DNA of 64,000 bases, from assembly GCA_965248355.1 (NCBI GenBank), contig OZ252098.1, positions 864,001 to 928,000 on the forward strand, written 5' to 3'. The position numbers were made by a program, and so were the translations under genes. Below, in pieces: positions 55,788 through 64,000 of this stretch (the first letter of the stretch is position 1; every line of letters starts with the position of its first letter). The notes under the pieces are model-generated. The model was not told the origin of the DNA, did no database searches, and saw only the letters and a program-made list of their open reading frames with translations. The stretch is from Candidatus Latescibacterota bacterium. Its GTDB lineage: Bacteria > Latescibacterota > UBA2968 > UBA8231.

Positions 55788-57224
55788 CTACCACCCGAGC
55801 CGGTCCCGGACATCGATCGGACGTCCCGAGTCGTCGGAAACCCCGACCGCAGGGGTCGAGGTTCGCGTGAGGTGGCTCGTGGCAACCAGCGCTGCGAGCG
55901 CGGGGAGGACGGCGAGCAGGTCGGCGGGCCATCCCGGGAGGGCGAACAGGAACAGCATCCAGGCGGCGAAGCCGGTGAGGATCGCCGCGAGGGCCCCCGC
56001 GGCGGTGGCACCCCTCCACCAGATGCCGGCGGTGAGGGGCACGAAGAGGGTGGCGAGCAGCACCGACCAGGAATCGACCATCAGGTCGTAGACCGAAGTC
56101 CGGTGCAGGGCCAGGAGAAGGGAGAAGATCCCGAGGACAACCACGGACAGGCGGGAGGCGCGCAGGCAGGTCCCTTCGGAAACCTGTGGACGCACGGCGC
56201 GAAGAACATCCCAGCCGATCACGCTCGCCGGCGCCAGCAGGGCGCTGTCCGCGCTCGACAACAGGGCCGAGACCAGGGCGCCGATGAACAGCACGAGGGC
56301 CGCCGCCGGCAGGTATCGTTGGGCGATCTCCATCATCACCAGGTCGGGATCGGCCAGACCGGGGATGAGGACGGCGCCCGCCATGCCGAGCAGCACCGGC
56401 AGCAGACCGATGGTCAGGTAGATCAGCCCCGACAGATAGGCGCTGTGCACGGCGACGCGGTCGTCGCGGCTGGACAGGCTGCGCTGGATGAGATCCTGGC
56501 CGGCCAGATTGCCGAGCCCGATGACGAGCCAGTCGCGGGCGTAGCCGAACCACTCGGTGGGGCCCGCATCCCGGGGGTAGAGGTCGAAACGCCCCTCCGG
56601 GATCTTCGCCGCGATGGCGGACCACCCCCCCATGTCGTGCAGGAGCAGGGGCGTGAGGACGACCATGCCGGTGATGAGGACGGCGAGCTGGACGATGTCG
56701 GTGAGAGTCACGGCCCACATGCCCCCGGCGAAGGTGTAGACCAGGACGACGGCGGCGCCCACGAGGATTCCCACCGTGGGGTCCAGGCCGGTCAGGGCCT
56801 GCAGGATGCGGCCGAAGGCGACCATCAGCGCCGCCACCCACCCGACGTAGGCCGGCACCGTGCACAGGCTGGCCAGCAGGCCGCAGCGCGTGTCGAAGCG
56901 CCGGGTGAAGAAGGAGGCCACCGTCATCACCCCGGAGCGGCGCAGAGCGCGGACGTAGAAGGCGCCGGCCAGGAACAGGCACAAGGCGGCGCCGAAGGGA
57001 TCGGCGATGACGGCGAGGAACCCGCCCTCGTAGGCGGCACTGGCGGCTCCGATGCACAGTCCGCCGCCGAACCAGGTTGCCGACAGGGTCGCCGTCGCAA
57101 ACGGCAGGGACAGCCGCCGCCCGGCGACCAGGTAGTCGGCTGAGCCGGAGACCCGCCGGCTGGCGTAGAGCCCGACGGCGAGCATCACCAGCAGATAGAG
57201 ACCCAGCCCGGTTATCACGAACAT
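55788..57224 (-). CDS. Sodium:solute symporter family protein
   Basis: DYLVAGR, ATWFGGG, GGMWAVTLTDIVQ, SSADSALLA. Confidence 0.9.
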   Translation of the reverse strand: MFVITGLGLYLLVMLAVGLYASRRVSGSADYLVAGRRLSLPFATATLSATWFGGGLCIGAASAAYEGGFLAVIADPFGAALCLFLAGAFYVRALRRSGVMTVASFFTRRFDTRCGLLASLCTVPAYVGWVAALMVAFGRILQALTGLDPTVGILVGAAVVLVYTFAGGMWAVTLTDIVQLAVLITGMVVLTPLLLHDMGGWSAIAAKIPEGRFDLYPRDAGPTEWFGYARDWLVIGLGNLAGQDLIQRSLSSRDDRVAVHSAYLSGLIYLTIGLLPVLLGMAGAVLIPGLADPDLVMMEIAQRYLPAAALVLFIGALVSALLSSADSALLAPASVIGWDVLRAVRPQVSEGTCLRASRLSVVVLGIFSLLLALHRTSVYDLMVDSWSVLLATLFVPLTAGIWWRGATAAGALAAILTGFAAWMLFLFALPGWPADLLAVLPALAALVATSHLTRTSTPAVGVSDDSGRPIDVRDRLGW

Positions 57225-57303
57225 GGCGGCCAAACTTAAGAAAACTCGGGGCCGAGGCCCGCAGGGCGCGCCCTCTCCCGGCCACACGGGTGGCGGCGAC
57301 CGG

Positions 57304-57350
57304 TGGCGGAAGCCGCCATGCGGAGGCTCGCCAGGTGGCGGGTCTCGCCG
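57304..57350 (+). promoter_or_regulatory. Candidate enhancer (UAS) pair for the sigma54 activator
   Basis: TGGCG-N5-CGCCA at 57304-57318 and TGGCG-N5-CGCCG at 57336-57350, 32 bp apart, 100-150 bp upstream of the -24 box; GC-rich background lowers confidence. Confidence 0.35.
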
Positions 57351-57451
57351 ACGCGGACCCGGGCCGGATCTGACTTGAGCTCCTTGAGAAGGATCCTAAC
57401 ATATTGGGGTACAGCCGGTTAGCCGTTGGGGCCCTGGTGTGGTGATGGTCC

Positions 57452-57467
57452 TGGCACCGCTCTTGCA
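57452..57467 (+). promoter_or_regulatory. Sigma54 (-24/-12) promoter of the pspA operon
   Basis: TGGCAC-cgctc-TTGCA, exact consensus; GAFTGA activator encoded downstream. Confidence 0.85.
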
Positions 57468-57552
57468 TTGGACGGCTTCACCCCGACCCCTCGGTGGAGG
57501 AAGAGGCACCGAACGGTTACTTTTCCGCAACCAGCCACGAGAGAGACGAGCG

Positions 57553-58248
57553 ATGGCAAAGGGCATGTTCGCGCGCATGGCAGACATTCTGCGGTCCAAC
57601 CTCAACGAGGCCCTCGACCGCGCCGAGGATCCCGAGAAGCTGATCCGGCAGATGGTCCGCGAGATGGAGGAGGCCGTGAACAAGGCCACCGCCTCGGTGG
57701 GCACGGCCGTGGCCAACCAGAAGCGGCTGGAGCGCCAGCACGACGAGCGGATCGCCCAGTGCGAGGAGTGGCAGCGCCGGGCCGAGCGCGCCGTCGAGGC
57801 CAACGAGGACGACTTGGCGCGGCGGGCCCTGGAGCGCCGGGCGGTCCTGCAGCAGGCGGCCTCCGACCTGGCCCCGGCCCTGGAGGAGAGCCGGCGGACG
57901 GCGGAGCAGTTGCGGGAGCAGCTGCGGGAGTTGAAGGAGAAGCTCGAGGAGGCCCGGACGCGGCAGGGAACCCTGATGGCCCGCCACCGGGCGGCCGAGG
58001 CCCGCAAGCGTCTGGCCCAGTCGATGCACGGACTCGGCGATGATGCCTTCTCCAGCTTCGAGCGTTTCGAGCAACGTGTCGAGGACAGCGAAGCCGAAGC
58101 CGAGGCCCACGCCGAGGTCGCCTCCGATCTGGGCGAGGTGGAGCGGCGGGTGCGGGACATGGACAGGTCGGCCGTGGTGGAAGACGAGTTGAGGGCGCTC
58201 AAGGAGCGGCTCGTGCGCGAGCGCGGGGGAGCCTCGGGAAAGGGCTGA
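57553..58248 (+). CDS. pspA: PspA/IM30-family protein
   Basis: MFARMADILRSNLNEALDRAEDPEKLIRQMVREME, EDDLARRAL, FERFEQRV, VEDELRALK. Confidence 0.92.
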   Translation: MAKGMFARMADILRSNLNEALDRAEDPEKLIRQMVREMEEAVNKATASVGTAVANQKRLERQHDERIAQCEEWQRRAERAVEANEDDLARRALERRAVLQQAASDLAPALEESRRTAEQLREQLRELKEKLEEARTRQGTLMARHRAAEARKRLAQSMHGLGDDAFSSFERFEQRVEDSEAEAEAHAEVASDLGEVERRVRDMDRSAVVEDELRALKERLVRERGGASGKG

Positions 58249-58251
58249 GGG

Positions 58252-58740
58252 ATGGGTCGGATCAGCACCTTCTTCGAGGGCGGTCTCAGGCGCGCTGGAG
58301 CGCTGGTGCTGACCTCGGGGGCGGTCGTGCTGCTGTCGGCGGGCCTGGGGCTGATCCTGTACGGGCTCGGTCAGCGCATCGACCACGACGACTGGCAGGA
58401 ACCTCTCTCGATCGGGGTCCCCGTGTTCGCTGTCGGCGCGGCGGCCTGGTTCTGCGCCCGCCGTCTCGCCGCCTCGGCGAGACAGGCTCACGCCCGGCGC
58501 ATGGAGAACCGCATCCTGCGGCTGGCCCGGGAGAGATTCGGCCGGCTCACGGTGATCGAGGCCGCCGTCGAGGCCGGGCTCACCGCGGCCGAGGCCGAGT
58601 CGATCCTGCGAGGCCTGGCCGAGGGGGGATTCGTGGAGATCGAGGTCAACGACGCCGGGGTCATGAGCTACCGCTTCCCCGAGGTGATCTACCCGCCCCC
58701 GGGAGGCGGCTCCTGCTCGCGCCCTTTGGCGTCCGGCTGA
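58252..58740 (+). CDS. Two-TM membrane protein with C-terminal winged-helix-like domain
   Basis: Two hydrophobic helices then ILRLARERFGRLTVIEAAVEAGLTAAEAESILRGLAEGGFVEIEVNDAGVMSYRFP. Confidence 0.65.
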   Translation: MGRISTFFEGGLRRAGALVLTSGAVVLLSAGLGLILYGLGQRIDHDDWQEPLSIGVPVFAVGAAAWFCARRLAASARQAHARRMENRILRLARERFGRLTVIEAAVEAGLTAAEAESILRGLAEGGFVEIEVNDAGVMSYRFPEVIYPPPGGGSCSRPLASG

Positions 58741-58768
58741 CCGGACTGGATTGAAAGGACTGAGCCCC

Positions 58769-59116
58769 ATGAGGATACCGACGATCTTCGCTTGGCCGAC
58801 ACCGTATCTCTGGCTAGGCTTGGCCCTGCATCTGGTCGCGGACGTCACTGACTCTGCCATCATGATGATCCCGGCCCTGATCATCCTCGCTGTAAGCCTG
58901 GTCCACATCGTCAGGGGGATGGCCGAGCGCCCGAGTCCAGGAGGCCGCAGGGCGGAGGAAGGGTCCGGAGAGCCCCCGGGGCTGGACCAGCGTCTCTCCG
59001 AGATCGAGGGGCGCCTCACCGACACGCAGGACGTGATGATCGCCCTCAGCGAGAAGATGGACCGCTGGGAGCGGGAGGTCCCGCCCGCCGACCGCGATCG
59101 CACCCCAACGAGCTGA
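58769..59116 (+). CDS. Membrane protein with cytoplasmic coiled coil (PspB-like topology)
   Basis: Two hydrophobic segments then LDQRLSEIEGRLTDTQDVMIALSEKMDR; start may be 58751. Confidence 0.6.
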   Translation: MRIPTIFAWPTPYLWLGLALHLVADVTDSAIMMIPALIILAVSLVHIVRGMAERPSPGGRRAEEGSGEPPGLDQRLSEIEGRLTDTQDVMIALSEKMDRWEREVPPADRDRTPTS

Positions 59117-59127
59117 GGAGAGGGAAG

Positions 59128-59274
59128 ATGCTGGTCAAGATCCTTGGAGTCGCCTTGCTGGTCGTGGGCGTCGTTCTCGCCCTGGACATGCTGCTGGGAG
59201 TGCTCTGGTCGATCCTCTCCGTGGCCTTCGTCGCCGCCCTCGTCTGGGGCGGATGGAGATTGCTGAAGTCGTGA
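59128..59274 (+). CDS. 48-aa two-TM small protein (below ORF-track cutoff)
   Basis: GAGGAGAGG RBS; MLVKILGVALLVVGVVLALDMLLGVLWSILSVAFVAALVWGGWRLLKS*; stop overlaps kinase GTG. Confidence 0.75.
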   Translation: MLVKILGVALLVVGVVLALDMLLGVLWSILSVAFVAALVWGGWRLLKS

Positions 59275-60712
59275 GGGGGCCCGCGGTCGAGGCCCGCCCG
59301 CAGGCCCTGCTGGAGGAGGGACGCCGGCTCTTCCGCCAGGGTCGCCACCCCGAGGCCCGCGAGGTCCTGGAGCGGGCGCTGGAAACCGCCTCGGAAGAGG
59401 CGGGCGGGTCCCCCGGGAGCGGGCGCGCGGAGATGCTCTTCCTGCGGGGCATGTGCCACCTCCAGGAGGGCGGGGAGGCCGACGCCGTCGAGGATCTGGA
59501 GGCGGCCTCCCGCCTCGGCTGGCTGGAGGCGCGATTCCAGCTCGCCCAGCACTACGCCCGCAAGGGCCGCCGCGGGGGCGATCTGCGCCGGCGGGCGATC
59601 TCCCATCTCGAACAAGTGCTGGCCGCCGGAGCTGACGACCCCAGCCTCGCCGCCGGCCGGGACCGGGTCTGCTTCGCCCTGGGCGGCCTCTACGCCGAGG
59701 GGGAGGCGTCCGGGGACGTCGATCGGGGGATCGCGGCCTACCGCCAGGGTCTGTCCGTCAACCCGCTGTCCGCTTCCGGGCACAACAGCCTGGGACAGCT
59801 GCTCATGCGCTTCGAGCCCCTCGGCGCCCTCGGCGAGTTCAAGGTCGCCCTGCAGCTGGACCCGGATCTGCGCGCCGCCTACAGCAACCTCGCCCGGCTG
59901 TTGCTCGAGCACATCCAGCCGCGAGAGCTCGCCGCCGAGTACGCCCGCATCGTGGAGGAGTTCGAGGAACGGGCTTCCCACGTGCTCGCCCGCCTGTCCC
60001 AGGAGCTGGTCGAGCTCGGGCGGGAGCAGGCCTATCGCGGCCTGTACACCAAGGGCCACCAGCTGAAGAACCTGATCGGCCTCGTGGGAAGCCGACTCCG
60101 GCGTCTGACACGGCGGATGCCTCCGCAGGCCGGGGCGGGCGAGGAACTGCGCCAGATCGAGCAGGAGCACGGCCGGCTCTACGAGGAGTGGGTCGGCTAC
60201 CTGTCGGCCATGACACCCGACCGCCTCGTCACGGGCCTCGTCGACCCGGCCCGGGTCGCACGCCGGGTGGTCGCCGCCCTGGGCGCCGACGCGCAGGCCG
60301 GTCTCGAGATCCGGGTCCAGGAGGGTGTGCCCCGGATCGAGGCGGATGAGCGCCTGCTCCGGGAGGCCGTCACCAACCTGTGCATCAACGCCCTTCAGGC
60401 CTTGGCCGGCGAGGCCTCTCCGGGCGAGGTCTCCGTCGGCGTCGGTTTCGACGACGGCGGCGTCTTCATCGAGGTGGAGGACACGGGTCCGGGGATTCCC
60501 GCCGAGGTCATGGACCACGTCTTCGATCCCGGCTTCACGACCAGGGAACAGGGCAACGGCTACGGTCTGGCCATCGCCCAGCGCATCGCCCATGCCCATC
60601 ACGGCGATCTGCGCGTCAAGAGCCGCGTAGGCCACGGCACCGTGTTCCGCCTCGACCTGCCCGTCAACTACGACGCCGACAGCCCCCACGACCGGATCGG
60701 CGGGGAGGCCCC

Positions 60713-60716
<4 letters not shown>
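59271..60716 (+). CDS. Soluble TPR-repeat histidine kinase
   Basis: TPR-like helical repeats, H-box GHQLKN, N-box NLCINA, DTGPGI, FDPGFTT, GNGYGLAI; no TM segment. Confidence 0.85.
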
Positions 60717-62134
<1,418 letters not shown>

Positions 62135-62285
62135 ACGGCGTCCCCGCCCCGTCCAAGGAGGCCGCCGAAGGTCCTCCGGGACGGATCCGCAGTCAGTGGT
62201 CCCCGCGGACTCCTTGACGCTGGCCGTGCGCATGCCTTCTTAGGCGGTGCTCCGGCGCCGTGCGACCCAACGAGTCCGAGGGACG

Positions 62286-62600
62286 ATGGAGAAGCAGTTC
62301 AAGGTGGAGACCTTCCTGGGCGGCGACCTGGCCGACCTCTACGAGACGGTCATGGCGCAGTTCGAGGCATCCGGCTCCGTGAGTCTGTCCGAGATGAACC
62401 GCGCCCTGCTGCAGACCGGGTTGCTGATGCACATGACCATGATGACCTCCATGGGAGTTGTCTCCGATGAGGAGCGCCGGCAGAGGATGGAGAAGCTGGC
62501 CGAAAGGGTGGGCAAGGAGAACCTGATGTGGGAGGTGGTGGAGCTGGCCCGGCGGCACTGGAGCAAGGGAGGGGCCGGCAGCATCGACCTGCAACCCTAG
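62286..62600 (+). CDS. Hypothetical protein
   Basis: 104 aa, RBS GAGGGA, GC3-rich codon usage like neighbours. Confidence 0.6.
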   Translation: MEKQFKVETFLGGDLADLYETVMAQFEASGSVSLSEMNRALLQTGLLMHMTMMTSMGVVSDEERRQRMEKLAERVGKENLMWEVVELARRHWSKGGAGSIDLQP

Positions 62601-62677
62601 GCAGGAGGGCCACCGGACCCCTTAGGAAAACTGCATAACATGTTGCAGTACAGCCAGTTATGCATACGATTTCAGAT

Positions 62678-62706
62678 TTGACAGGGACGCGGCAGCCCCG
62701 TACATT
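62678..62706 (+). promoter_or_regulatory. Sigma70 promoter upstream of iscU-sod
   Basis: TTGACA-N17-TACATT. Confidence 0.65.
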
Positions 62707-62734
62707 CGGAGCCATCCGAATCGGATCGTCCTCC

Positions 62735-63142
62735 GTGTCCGAAGCCTACAACGAGACCGTTCTCGACCATTACCGCAACCCCCGCAACGTGGGTGTTCTC
62801 AAGGACGCCCAGGCTGTCGGCAAAGCGGAGAACTCGGCTTGCGGGGACATCCTGCATCTCTATCTACGGATCAATGGTGACCGGGTCGTCGACTCCCGCT
62901 TCCAGACCTTCGGATGCGCTGCGGCGATCGCCGCCGGGTCAAAGCTGACCGAGATGGTGATCGGTGCCACTCTCGATCAGTTGCGCACCATCCGGCGGCT
63001 GGACGTGGTCCAGGCCCTCGGCGGGCTGCCTCCGATGAAGGTCCATTGCTCGGTTCTGGCAGAAGACGCGATCCGAGCCGCTCTCGAGGACTACGAGGGC
63101 GCCCTAGAAGACTCCAAGAAAACACTTCGACAACCTCTATGA
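62735..63142 (+). CDS. iscU: IscU/NifU-N Fe-S cluster scaffold
   Basis: YNETVLDHYRNPRNVG, ACGD, FQTFGC, LPPMKVHCSVLAEDA. Confidence 0.9.
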   Translation: MSEAYNETVLDHYRNPRNVGVLKDAQAVGKAENSACGDILHLYLRINGDRVVDSRFQTFGCAAAIAAGSKLTEMVIGATLDQLRTIRRLDVVQALGGLPPMKVHCSVLAEDAIRAALEDYEGALEDSKKTLRQPL

Positions 63143-63154
63143 AAGGAAGACCTC

Positions 63155-63769
<615 letters not shown>

Positions 63770-63856
63770 AGCCCGCCGCTCGGAGCCGCTCAGGCTCGGA
63801 GCGATCGGTTTCCATCGGCGGCCAACGAGCCGCCTCCTCAAGGAAAAGGGCTTGCC

Positions 63857-64000
63857 ATGGCGATCCAACCGGGTGATCCGGCTCCGGATTTCACCCTGAA
63901 GAATACGGACTTGGAGGAGGTGACCCTGTCCTCCCTGCGGGGCAGGAAGGTAGTCCTCCTCTTCGTGCCCCTGGCCTTCACCGGCGTATGCACCCAGGAG
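63857..64000 (+). CDS. Peroxiredoxin (AhpC/TSA family), truncated by the window end
   Basis: [48 protein letters not shown] (PxxxTxxC). Confidence 0.88.
   Translation, partial: MAIQPGDPAPDFTLKNTDLEEVTLSSLRGRKVVLLFVPLAFTGVCTQE

Overview
High-GC bacterial chromosomal window. The gene mix (PorV/PorQ-like barrel, Wzi-like protein, many PhyH, Gfo/Idh/MocA and beta-propeller catabolic genes) suggests an FCB-superphylum lineage such as Latescibacterota or Gemmatimonadota, which is inference only. (1) 1-10.95 kb is a decaying defence island: a partial ORF, a PD-(D/E)XK-like protein, an SPPY DNA methyltransferase, frameshifted HicB, frameshifted type I HsdR, a sulfotransferase, and a Rad50/RloC-like zinc-hook ATPase split in frame by a complete IS256 element (8-bp target duplication), followed by a small HEPN-like ORF. 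(2) 11-29 kb holds catabolic/accessory genes, a divergent serS and an internally deleted beta-propeller pseudogene. (3) 29.5-46 kb holds tRNA-Thr(CGT), an orphan ftsA, ssb, eno, a Wzi/GT2/radical SAM/GT2 cluster, a USP-PTS EIIA fusion coupled to ppx, and a PorV-like gene. (4) 46-57 kb holds catabolic enzymes and transporters. (5) 57.3-62.1 kb is the best candidate for a new system: a sigma54-driven pspA operon with three non-canonical membrane partners, a soluble TPR histidine kinase, and a PspF-like activator that has gained a receiver domain and lacks the PspA-contact Trp. (6) 62.7-64 kb holds iscU-sod-peroxiredoxin. No CRISPR array or rRNA was seen. All family calls come from reading motifs; no database was searched.
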